Part shown: one piece after another, positions 37,224 through 45,443 of the stretch
Layout: each line of letters starts with the position of its first letter
How positions within the stretch are numbered: the stretch's first letter is position 1
Assembly (NCBI GenBank): GCA_045657545.1
Contig: JAZOTH010000025.1
Coordinates: 50,662 to 114,661, forward strand
Source: Tidjanibacter sp.
Lineage (GTDB): Bacteria > Bacteroidota > Bacteroidia > Bacteroidales > Rikenellaceae
Reading direction: 5' to 3'
Length of the DNA: 64,000 bases
Notes under the pieces: model-generated
Told to the model about the DNA's origin: nothing
The model's input: the letters and a program-made list of their open reading frames with translations, nothing else
Databases searched by the model: none
Position numbers and translations under genes: made by a program

Positions 37224-39395
37224 ATGAAAAGATTTATTCCGAATTTGGTAAAAATACTAATCTGCTTGTTTCTCTTTGTGGGGTGTAACCCCGTGGAGCC
37301 CAACACCCCTTTGCCAGAGGATGAAAGCCCGTCGTTTGATTTGAAAATCAATGGAGTGACTAAAACATCGGTTTCGTTTACGGTTACGCCTTTGACGGAT
37401 AATATCCCCTATGTTGCGCTGATTATCGACAAGGTGTTTTTCGATGAGTTTGAGTCGGTGGATGACTACATCAACGACGACTTGGATTGGTTTGCCGAAA
37501 GAGCATCCAACGAGGGGATTAGTTTGCCGGAATGGTTGAGTCGGAATACAAACAAGGGTACGCTCATCGACACCGAGGAGGGATTGGTTCCCGATTCGGA
37601 GTATTACCTCTATGCCTACCACATCAACTCCCACGGGGAGGTTGTGTCCGATTTGGTGAAAAAGGAGTTTAGGACCGAGGGTTATGTGCTTGCCGATGGA
37701 GGGTTTGAGATTACGGTGAGCGATGTCACCTATGATACCGCGAAGATTGGTTTTGTGCCCGAGAGCAAAGATAAGCCCTACTTCTTCAATGTGATGAGTG
37801 AGAGTGAGTATGAATACTACGGAGCCGATGAAATGGCCTACGTTAGGCAACTCGAAGCATTGAGGGATCACTACCTCGGATTTGGTAAAACACCCGCAGA
37901 GATGATTGCAAACCTCTGCTTTGTGGGCGATGGCTATTGGACGGCAGAGAACCTGCTGGCGGGCAGAAAGTACTATGCCTACGCATTGGGTGTGGATGAG
38001 GAGTTTATGGCTTGTACCAAAGCTACCGTTGAAGAGTTCAGGACTATCGCGCCCGATGCTTCGACTTTGACCTTCCAATGGGATATTCAGAGGGTGTTTT
38101 ACGATCACGCCGAGGGTGTGGTTCTGCCCTCCAACGATGATAGCTATATCTGCTCGGTGCAGCTTGCCGAGACGCTCACTTGGTATCCAACCCACGATGA
38201 TTATATGTACTCGCTTGTGGAGAACTTGGAGTGGTATGGTGGGGTGGAGAGTGCCCTTCGTAGTGGCCCCTCCGACCTCGCAGCTCACGTTGGTTTGCAA
38301 CCCGAAACCGAGTATGCAATCATCTGCTTTGGCTGGAATGGTGCCCCCACGACCGAACTCTTCTACACAACTTTCACAACCACTAAGGCCGATGGCAACC
38401 CAGAGGATTTGGAGGTGGATTTTGAAGTTGTGGGTGTGGATTTCAATGAGTTGAGAGTTGCCTATCTGCCTTCGGTGGGAGCATACTACTACGCCTCGAT
38501 TGTGGAGGAGAGTGTGCTCGCAGAGAGAGTTGCGAGTGTGGGTGGCTTGAATGAGGCACTGCTGGCACTTGCCGATGAGGAGATTGAGTATGGAGCAAAT
38601 TTTTTCCATTATACCCGTGCGGAGTATCTTGCCGAGATGGGTGGATGTGTAGGTAGGAGCGAGCTCTATTTCAATCGCCTTGCCCAGAATACCCCCTATA
38701 TTGCCTTTGCTGTTGCGGTGGATATGACCACAGGAGAGTTGGCGAGCCAGAGGGCCTCGGCAAGTGAGCCTATCTACACAAGGGAGAAGATTTTGGGTAA
38801 TGCGAAGGTGGAGTTTGAGATTGGGGACTACTACGATGGCACTGCTCTGGCAGAATTAGATGCAAAGTTGTTTGGCAAATGCGCCGGTATGGCGGTGGTG
38901 CCATACGATGTCATTCCCAATGAGTCGGCCGTGACTTGGTATACGACCTATAACGTAAGCGACTATACGGAGTGGGGTTGTACCGATGAAGATATCTATA
39001 CGGAGCTTATTACCTATGGCTACAACTATAACGTGGAGAGTGTTGTGGTGAATAGTGAGGGTGGTGTGGCCGTATTGTATTATGACAACCCATATACCTT
39101 TGTAGGCCTTGCCCAAGATGCCGATGAAAATTATGGCCCCGGAACTCTCTATGTGGTAACTCCGAAAAAGTCGGAAGTTTCGCCAGCTGAGGAGTTTATT
39201 GCATCGCTCGAATCAATGAGTGCCCCATTGTTGTCGGCCGCAAAGAGAGAGGTGCCCACTCGTGAGCCACGCATCTCCGAGCGTCAGACCTCCTTGCAGA
39301 TGATGGAGCCGAGTGTGAAGTCCGATTTGCCCCGAGAGGTTGAGTCCGAGCCTACAAAAAGAGCGGTAGGTAGACGATTTATGGTGCTTCAATAG
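37224..39395 (+). CDS. uncharacterised acidic lipoprotein A with five Fn3-like repeat modules
   Basis: 723 aa with lipobox LFLFVGC. Repeated module ends include LVPDSEYYLYAYHINSHGEVVSDLVKKEFRTEG, LLAGRKYYAYALGV...EEFRT and LQPETEYAIICFGW...FTTT. Confidence 0.8.
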   Translation: MKRFIPNLVKILICLFLFVGCNPVEPNTPLPEDESPSFDLKINGVTKTSVSFTVTPLTDNIPYVALIIDKVFFDEFESVDDYINDDLDWFAERASNEGISLPEWLSRNTNKGTLIDTEEGLVPDSEYYLYAYHINSHGEVVSDLVKKEFRTEGYVLADGGFEITVSDVTYDTAKIGFVPESKDKPYFFNVMSESEYEYYGADEMAYVRQLEALRDHYLGFGKTPAEMIANLCFVGDGYWTAENLLAGRKYYAYALGVDEEFMACTKATVEEFRTIAPDASTLTFQWDIQRVFYDHAEGVVLPSNDDSYICSVQLAETLTWYPTHDDYMYSLVENLEWYGGVESALRSGPSDLAAHVGLQPETEYAIICFGWNGAPTTELFYTTFTTTKADGNPEDLEVDFEVVGVDFNELRVAYLPSVGAYYYASIVEESVLAERVASVGGLNEALLALADEEIEYGANFFHYTRAEYLAEMGGCVGRSELYFNRLAQNTPYIAFAVAVDMTTGELASQRASASEPIYTREKILGNAKVEFEIGDYYDGTALAELDAKLFGKCAGMAVVPYDVIPNESAVTWYTTYNVSDYTEWGCTDEDIYTELITYGYNYNVESVVVNSEGGVAVLYYDNPYTFVGLAQDADENYGPGTLYVVTPKKSEVSPAEEFIASLESMSAPLLSAAKREVPTREPRISERQTSLQMMEPSVKSDLPREVESEPTKRAVGRRFMVLQ

Positions 39396-39434
39396 AGTGA
39401 TGAACAAAAATATTAACCTTAAACTTAAATTGTT

Positions 39435-40331
39435 ATGCGTTTTTTGCAAGTAGACCCCATTCACGCTGACTCGTTGGCGCAGAATCTAACACAGAAAGTG
39501 GAGCAGATTAAGGAGATGCCCCTCAATGAGGCTCTCGAATTTGTAACCCGAGGAGTTCTCGGTTTCTTCTGGGATGTTCTCATCTGCGTTGCGATATACC
39601 TTGTCGCTCGTTGGATTATCCGTTATATTGACCGCCTGTTGGGGCGTGTCTTTGAGCGTAAAAATGTAGAGATTTCGCTCGGTAAGTTTGTTCGCTCGCT
39701 GGTGCGAGCCGCCTTGTATGTAATCGTTGTGATTACTATTGTTCGTAAGTTGGGTATCGACACCTCTTCGTTTGTTGCACTGCTGGCTTCGGTTGGCGTT
39801 GCCATAGGTATGGCACTCAGCGGTACTTTGCAGAACTTTGCGGGTGGTGTTATGATTCTTTTGTTGCGCCCATTCCGCATTGGCGACTATATCCAGACAC
39901 AGGGCATTGAGGGTTCTGTAAAGGAGATTAAGCTCTTTAATACGGTGATTAATACCGTTGATAATAAGCTTATTACCCTGCCTAATGGCCCCATTGTGAA
40001 TAATATCATCAATAACTTCTCGGCCGAGAAACGTCGTCGTGTGGATATGACTGTTTCGATTAGCTACGGTGATGACTATGATGTGGCTCGCAAGGCAATC
40101 TTGGATATTTTGAGTGCCGATAGCCGCATTATGCAGGAGCCTGCGCCCTTTGTGGCTCTGGGCTCGCTGGGTGATAGTGCTGTGAATGTTACCATTAGGG
40201 TTTGGACAGCAAGCGAGGATTATTGGGGTGTCTATTTCGACCTCAATGAGAAATTCTACAAGGAACTTCCTGCAAAGGGGGTGAATTTCCCCTATCCCCA
40301 CTTGGATGTTCAGGTTACACAGAAGAAGTAG
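39435..40331 (+). CDS. small-conductance mechanosensitive channel (MscS family)
   Basis: 298 aa with TM helices and the conserved pore/beta domain LSGTLQNFAGGVMILLLRPFRIGDYI...GSVKEIKLFNTVI. Confidence 0.85.
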   Translation: MRFLQVDPIHADSLAQNLTQKVEQIKEMPLNEALEFVTRGVLGFFWDVLICVAIYLVARWIIRYIDRLLGRVFERKNVEISLGKFVRSLVRAALYVIVVITIVRKLGIDTSSFVALLASVGVAIGMALSGTLQNFAGGVMILLLRPFRIGDYIQTQGIEGSVKEIKLFNTVINTVDNKLITLPNGPIVNNIINNFSAEKRRRVDMTVSISYGDDYDVARKAILDILSADSRIMQEPAPFVALGSLGDSAVNVTIRVWTASEDYWGVYFDLNEKFYKELPAKGVNFPYPHLDVQVTQKK

Positions 40332-40351
40332 AACTCTTGGTATCTTACAAC

Positions 40352-40390
40352 AAATGCCCGCAGAACTCAGTTTTGCGGGCATTTGTTTTG
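40352..40390 (+). terminator. intrinsic terminator after the MscS gene
   Basis: AAATGCCCGCA gaactcagttt TGCGGGCATTT followed by GTTTTG. Confidence 0.7.
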
Positions 40391-40444
40391 ATAGTTTTTG
40401 GGAAGAATCCATTGTGTTGAATAGGAAATCCGACAGGGAGTTAA

Positions 40445-40452
40445 TATATTTG
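40445..40452 (+). promoter_or_regulatory. candidate -7 box (TAtaTTTG) for lipoproteins B-C-D
   Basis: TATATTTG lies 30 nt upstream of the ATG at 40482. Confidence 0.4.
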
Positions 40453-40481
40453 CAAAATATATAGAGAATATATGTTGAGCG

Positions 40482-41645
40482 ATGAAATTTAATATAAAAC
40501 ACAATGTATTTGTTGGCCTGATGCTCTTCCTGATGGTGGGCTGTGGCTCGGAGGAGAATCCCGGTGGCAATGAACCACAGGGTTTTGTGGAGAAAGAACC
40601 CAAGGAGGTGGTCTATACCAATGCGCAAGTGGCCTATATAGGTGACTATGTTGGCGAGCAGACCTCCGATGGGTGGATGGTGACACTCACAACCGATATG
40701 GCTAAGGACGATTTGGGTAATCTGACGGGCGAGGGTAGCCTGTTGCAGATTCTGCTTAGCGGATACTACAACTATAAGCAGGAGCCCAATATGCAATTTG
40801 CCGAGGGTGTCTACTCTCCGCAGATTAATTCCAGCGACTATGCAGCCTTCACCTTCGTGGATGGATATATGGAACAGATGGAGATTCCCGGAGGAAGCAT
40901 CGAACTTCCTGCCTCAACTTATTATGGCTACTTGGCAGAGGGTAGTACGACTATGGAGGTGGATTTGCTCGATGATGGAGCGGTTGAGGTGCGCTCCAAT
41001 GGCGATGGTACCTACACTATCGAAGGTATCCTTGTGGGAGAGAGGTGTGTGAAGCACAGATTTGTGTGGAGTGGTGCCATTGAGCCCACCGCCTATGTGT
41101 GGTACGAGGTGCCCAACTCTACCATTGAGTCCAATAAGTCGTTGAGTGGCACCGTGAAGGGTGCTTTGCAAGATCGTGGCGACTACTTTGGCTTAAAGGA
41201 TAAAACGTGTCGAGTATTCTCGCTCTTTTTGGGTGAGGGTGGCGTGGATTTGACCGCCAATCCACCCACGGGTGATGGCAAACTTGTGCGTTTGGATTTG
41301 ATGGTGCCTTGGGATAGCAATGTGGCAAATGGTATTCCTGCTGGTAGGTATGAGGTTGTGGTGCGCAATGCCGACACCTCCATCGACCGAGATGCTTTGG
41401 TTCCCTTCTGTGCGATTCCCGGACTTCCCGACTGCTTCAATCCTCCCTTTTGGAGCGGCGCGTGGTATGTGGAGTATGAGAATGGCGCGTGGGGTGAGGA
41501 GTATGCCCGCATAGATGGTGGCGAGGTTACCGTGGAGCGCGAGGGCTCGGGGAAACACCACATCACCTGTACGTTGTATGATTGTGCAACCCCGACACAC
41601 ACTGTTGCGGTTGATGTGAGGGTGGATAGTTTTGAAATTATATAA
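40482..41645 (+). CDS. uncharacterised lipoprotein B (internally duplicated)
   Basis: 387 aa with lipobox LMVGCGSEE. The two halves end in similar GAVEVRSNGDGTYTIEG and GGEVTVEREGSGKHHITC segments. Confidence 0.8.
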   Translation: MKFNIKHNVFVGLMLFLMVGCGSEENPGGNEPQGFVEKEPKEVVYTNAQVAYIGDYVGEQTSDGWMVTLTTDMAKDDLGNLTGEGSLLQILLSGYYNYKQEPNMQFAEGVYSPQINSSDYAAFTFVDGYMEQMEIPGGSIELPASTYYGYLAEGSTTMEVDLLDDGAVEVRSNGDGTYTIEGILVGERCVKHRFVWSGAIEPTAYVWYEVPNSTIESNKSLSGTVKGALQDRGDYFGLKDKTCRVFSLFLGEGGVDLTANPPTGDGKLVRLDLMVPWDSNVANGIPAGRYEVVVRNADTSIDRDALVPFCAIPGLPDCFNPPFWSGAWYVEYENGAWGEEYARIDGGEVTVEREGSGKHHITCTLYDCATPTHTVAVDVRVDSFEII

Positions 41646-41656
41646 AAACCGAAGAT

Positions 41657-43198
41657 ATGAAAAAAAGCAGATTGATACTACTCGTTTCCTCTGTGCTTGC
41701 GTTGTTGGCGGGAGGTTGTGATACGCCCGATAGTGGCGATGCTCCCGATGCTCCCTTTGTGGTGACACCCACCGAATTGACCTTTGATGTAGAGGGAAAC
41801 TCTGCCGAGGTGACCATTGAGGTGGGCGGTAGCTGGCAAGCGAGTGTTGTGGAGGGTGCCGATTGGATAGGCATTGATAGGAATTCGGGCGAGGCTGGTG
41901 TCCATACCCTCACTGTTACCGCTTGGCGCAATACAGCCGAGGAGGGGCGCGAGGGGCGTGTTGAAATCTCGTTTAAGAGCGAGGTTAAGAGCGTGAAGGT
42001 GAGCCAGAAGGGCACCAAAGTCACAATTGACCTTCCCGAGGCTACGCAGAAGAATACCTATGTAGTAAATGGCGTGGAGCATAAGTTTGGCTCTATGAGC
42101 GTGATGATTGTGGAGGACAATGTATTGGTGGCTGCTACACCAGAGAGTGGAGTGGCGAGTGCCGAGAAGATTTTCGAATGTGAGGAGTACTTCTTTGGAG
42201 CAGTTAGCCCTTTGTTGCTGAACAAGAGGCTCGATATAATGACAGAAAAGAGCCCCTTCACGATTGTTAGCACCCTTTCGGGCGCATTCTTGGAGGGTGT
42301 AGCCCCCCTCTATCTCGAAGAGGTTACAGCGGGCGAGCTGGAATTGACCAAAGATGGTAATCTGCTTACCCTGAGGGTGGGCTTGGTGTTGGCCGACGGT
42401 ACGCAGTTGGCAGCCTATGTGGAGGTTGTGGAAAATGTTGTAGTGAATGAGAATAGGCTCTCGCGCGGAGATGAGGAGAAACCGCTCCGCACCTCATTCT
42501 ATAATATTGATGCCGAGACAACGGCCCTATATTTCACCCCCGCAGGTATTGACTATTTCGAGGAGTTGGAGATTGCAAGCTGGTACACCTATATTATGGT
42601 GGATAACTCCCTTGTGACGGGAAGCTACATAGATGTTACCGATGTGGGTGAAGAGCTCTTTGTGTTTGGCATTGTGGATAATGTTACGGGTAAGGAGTTT
42701 GCTATTTCCAATGACGATATGAGGGATGCAACAGGACACTTCCTCCTCTCCTCACTCGGTCAGGAGCGTTACACTGCCGATATTGCCATAGAAATTGAGG
42801 GAATTGCCTATAAGGTTTCGTTCAGTGGTAAATCTATTTCGAGCGAGGTTAAGCCCGAGGTTAAGACCAACTATGTTACCTATAAGAAAAGAGAGTATGA
42901 TATTGTAGGTGCTGCGATAGATACCTCGGCCGAGGTGTGGGTTGTGGAGCTTACGGTATCTAATGGCAATATTATTACAACTACTGTGCCCAAGGATTTA
43001 TTTACGGGACAGGCCACCGGCTTTTCGCGCTACCCCGACCTTACGGTTACCTATCTGGATCATACTTATAGTAAGGCAAATGGCGATAACGGAACTATCA
43101 TTGCCTCATACGATGCCGAGAGTGCCCACCTCGACTTGGAGTTTATCGGCTATGGCGATTTGTCGTTTGTCTATTCGGGTGCGTGTGAACAAAAATAG
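41657..43198 (+). CDS. uncharacterised lipoprotein C: BACON-like domain plus three copies of a module of about 120 aa
   Basis: 513 aa with lipobox LLAGGCDTPD. The BACON-like stretch is TELTFDVEGNSAEVTIEVGGSWQASVVEGADWIGIDRNSGEAGVHTLTVTAWRNTAEEGREGRVEISF. Confidence 0.8.
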   Translation: MKKSRLILLVSSVLALLAGGCDTPDSGDAPDAPFVVTPTELTFDVEGNSAEVTIEVGGSWQASVVEGADWIGIDRNSGEAGVHTLTVTAWRNTAEEGREGRVEISFKSEVKSVKVSQKGTKVTIDLPEATQKNTYVVNGVEHKFGSMSVMIVEDNVLVAATPESGVASAEKIFECEEYFFGAVSPLLLNKRLDIMTEKSPFTIVSTLSGAFLEGVAPLYLEEVTAGELELTKDGNLLTLRVGLVLADGTQLAAYVEVVENVVVNENRLSRGDEEKPLRTSFYNIDAETTALYFTPAGIDYFEELEIASWYTYIMVDNSLVTGSYIDVTDVGEELFVFGIVDNVTGKEFAISNDDMRDATGHFLLSSLGQERYTADIAIEIEGIAYKVSFSGKSISSEVKPEVKTNYVTYKKREYDIVGAAIDTSAEVWVVELTVSNGNIITTTVPKDLFTGQATGFSRYPDLTVTYLDHTYSKANGDNGTIIASYDAESAHLDLEFIGYGDLSFVYSGACEQK

Positions 43199-43206
43199 AG
43201 TTGGAT

Positions 43207-43680
43207 ATGAATAATCTGTGGAAAATAGTGTTGGGCCTGTCGCTGCTCGCCCTTGTTGGGTGTGAGCAGACACCTGCCGAGGAAACCCCAACACCCGTAA
43301 TCGAGCCGACCTATGGCTATTATTACTTTGGCGAGGAGGAGGTGCCTGTTAGTTCGTTTGTGACCGCTGAGGATATGACTTTTATGCTCAAAATCTCGCC
43401 CCTTGAAGATGTGGTGAAGGCTACGACCTATGCGATTGTGGGTGTTCGCACCGAACTACTTGGCGAGGAGCTGAATGTGGAAAACGAGTACCACAATGAC
43501 GACTACGTTTTCATCTATGAGGACCCCATCTACTATTTTGCTGCTCGTCGTCCTTTGCGCTCGGGCAAGATACTGCTCGATAGGAACTCTGCGGGGGTTG
43601 TGAGGGTGGATGTAGATGTTGTACTCTACGATGGCACACCTTTTAGATATAAGAATCTATCGCTCAAAGCACAAGAGTAA
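43207..43680 (+). CDS. uncharacterised small lipoprotein D (single copy of the lipoprotein C module)
   Basis: 157 aa from the ATG at 43207 (the track start at 43201 is a TTG). Lipobox LALVGCEQTP. The module end is SGKILLDRNSAGVVRVDVDVVLYDGTPFRYKNL. Confidence 0.75.
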   Translation: MNNLWKIVLGLSLLALVGCEQTPAEETPTPVIEPTYGYYYFGEEEVPVSSFVTAEDMTFMLKISPLEDVVKATTYAIVGVRTELLGEELNVENEYHNDDYVFIYEDPIYYFAARRPLRSGKILLDRNSAGVVRVDVDVVLYDGTPFRYKNLSLKAQE

Positions 43681-43698
43681 GTTTTGAGAATAAAATGG

Positions 43699-43739
43699 AT
43701 AATTAGGGGGCAAAATGGTATATTTTGCCCCCTAATTAT
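43699..43739. terminator. very strong hairpin after lipoprotein D
   Basis: ATAATTAGGGGGCAAAAT ggtat ATTTTGCCCCCTAATTAT: an 18-bp perfect stem followed by a T-rich tail. Confidence 0.75.
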
Positions 43740-43748
43740 GCTATTTTG

Positions 43749-43780
43749 TTTGGAAAAAAGGAAAAATGTGTGTATATTTG
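43749..43780 (+). promoter_or_regulatory. near-consensus Bacteroidetes promoter of lipoprotein E
   Basis: -33 TTTG (43749-43752) and -7 TATATTTG (43773-43780) with 20-nt spacing, about 110 nt upstream of the ATG. Confidence 0.6.
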
Positions 43781-43889
43781 TGTTTGATATGGGTTTTTGA
43801 AAACAGATAAAGATACTTTTTGTTGAAAAAATCACATAACCTCCGAAAGAGAAAATTTTATCACAATTATTAACTAACACTTATTTATT

Positions 43890-45368
43890 ATGAAATTCGC
43901 AAAGAACTTTATGATGTATGCTGTGGCAGCCGTTGTTGCTATGGCTATGACTGCTTGCGGTACGCCTACTCCCGGCGATGAGCCTACTCCCGGTGGTAAT
44001 ACAGGCAACGTAACTTTCACCGTAGAGGCTGTTGCTGGTGAGACCACCGCAACCATCAATGTTTCGCACACCGGTACCGCAGAGAACACTTGGTATGGTT
44101 TCCTTACCACCGAGTCGAAGACCAATGATTTGGATTTGATTTTTGCAGTGACCACCGCAGGTGTTAAGGCTGAGAAACTTTCGACCGGCACCACCGCAAC
44201 CATCAACCTCACCGACCTCGAACTTGCAACCGAGTACAAATATGTTGTATTTGGTTTGAATGCCGATGGTAGTATGTATGGTACTGCTGGTTCGGCTGTC
44301 TTCACCACCGAGGATGGTAGGAGCGTTGCCGAGAACTCGGCTTGGACTGTTGAGTACATTGGTAACTACACCGATGAGGAGAGTGGCGAGACTTACATCA
44401 ACTGTGTAAATGTTACTTCGACAGACGATAACACCTACTTTGTAGACTACTTCACTCTCGAGCAGTGGGAGTCTGTTAAGACCGATATGTATGGCTACGT
44501 TGAGAGCTTGATTGCACAGATGAAGGCATATCTTGCCCAGATTAATGCTGCTTATGGCACCACCTACACCTTTGCAGATCTCTTCCTCTACTCTGGTTCT
44601 AGTGTTGTATCTTTGGACGAGCTCGATCCCGGTCAGTACATTGCTGTTGCTTGGGGTATCACCGCAGATGAGAAAGTCAGCCGCCTCTACGCTAAATCCG
44701 AACCCTTTGAGGTTGTAGAGGAGGATGCAACTCCCGAATATAGCGCTTGGCTTGGCAACTGGACTGTAACCGGTCCTGGTTCGACTTGGTCGGCGGAGGC
44801 GAAAAATTACGTCGCTGGTGAGGTTTCGTTCGATATCACTATCACTAAAAATGTAAATAACAAATCGTTCTTGGTTGACGGTTGGAATGGTATTACCGGC
44901 CTTCCCTTCGTAGCAGCATACGATGCAGAGTATGACGCATTCGATATCGAGGGTCAGATTCTTGCCGAGAATGTTGAGTTCGAGGATGGTTCCGTTGCTT
45001 CCCAGATTATCTTGGGTGGTGTTTATGGCTCTAGCGTATCTCTCGATGCTTTGGCTTATGCAATGCAAGCAGAGGATGGTAGCGTAGTGGTTGCTCCTTA
45101 CAAGTATGATATCGGTGAGGCAGAGCTTTTCTCGTTCCCCGAGATTATCCACTTCGTTGCTTTCGAGGGTGAGCAGGGTCTCTACTATCTCTCCGACATC
45201 ATTTCGAGCACTTCTATGGCTATGACTCCCGCAGCAGCTCCCGCAGCAGTTCGCGCTAAGGATGCAGGGATGTTCCAGGGCAAGAAGATCAATACCAAAG
45301 TTGAAACAACTCCCTATGAGTTCTACAAACCCGGTAGCGATAAATTCACCTCGTTCAGCCTCAAATAA
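43890..45368 (+). CDS. uncharacterised lipoprotein E (same Fn3-like module family as lipoprotein A)
   Basis: 492 aa with lipobox AMTACGTPTPGDEPTPGG. Module ends are LELATEYKYVVFGLNADGSMYGTAGSAVFTTEDG and LDPGQYIAVAWGITADEKVSRLYAKSEPFEVVEE. Confidence 0.8.
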   Translation: MKFAKNFMMYAVAAVVAMAMTACGTPTPGDEPTPGGNTGNVTFTVEAVAGETTATINVSHTGTAENTWYGFLTTESKTNDLDLIFAVTTAGVKAEKLSTGTTATINLTDLELATEYKYVVFGLNADGSMYGTAGSAVFTTEDGRSVAENSAWTVEYIGNYTDEESGETYINCVNVTSTDDNTYFVDYFTLEQWESVKTDMYGYVESLIAQMKAYLAQINAAYGTTYTFADLFLYSGSSVVSLDELDPGQYIAVAWGITADEKVSRLYAKSEPFEVVEEDATPEYSAWLGNWTVTGPGSTWSAEAKNYVAGEVSFDITITKNVNNKSFLVDGWNGITGLPFVAAYDAEYDAFDIEGQILAENVEFEDGSVASQIILGGVYGSSVSLDALAYAMQAEDGSVVVAPYKYDIGEAELFSFPEIIHFVAFEGEQGLYYLSDIISSTSMAMTPAAAPAAVRAKDAGMFQGKKINTKVETTPYEFYKPGSDKFTSFSLK

Positions 45369-45388
45369 GAAGCTACAATAACAAAAAA

Positions 45389-45415
45389 GTCCGCTCTTCG
45401 GAGCGGACTTTTTTT
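45389..45415. terminator. bidirectional terminator between lipoprotein E and the aldehyde dehydrogenase gene
   Basis: AAAAAA GTCCGCTC ttcg GAGCGGAC TTTTTTT. Confidence 0.8.
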
Positions 45416-45443
45416 GTGCCTCAATGTTTGTGAAAAATAGCCC

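Noticed and set aside
40482-45368. The lipoprotein cluster read as a type V (FimA/Mfa-like) pilus operon.
   Set aside because: Type V pilins are also lipoprotein precursors encoded in clusters. Here, however, I see Fn3-like and BACON-like repeats, no recognisable fimbrillin N- and C-terminal strand motifs, and no Arg-cleavage-type propeptide pattern. This reading is kept only as something a structure search could revisit.
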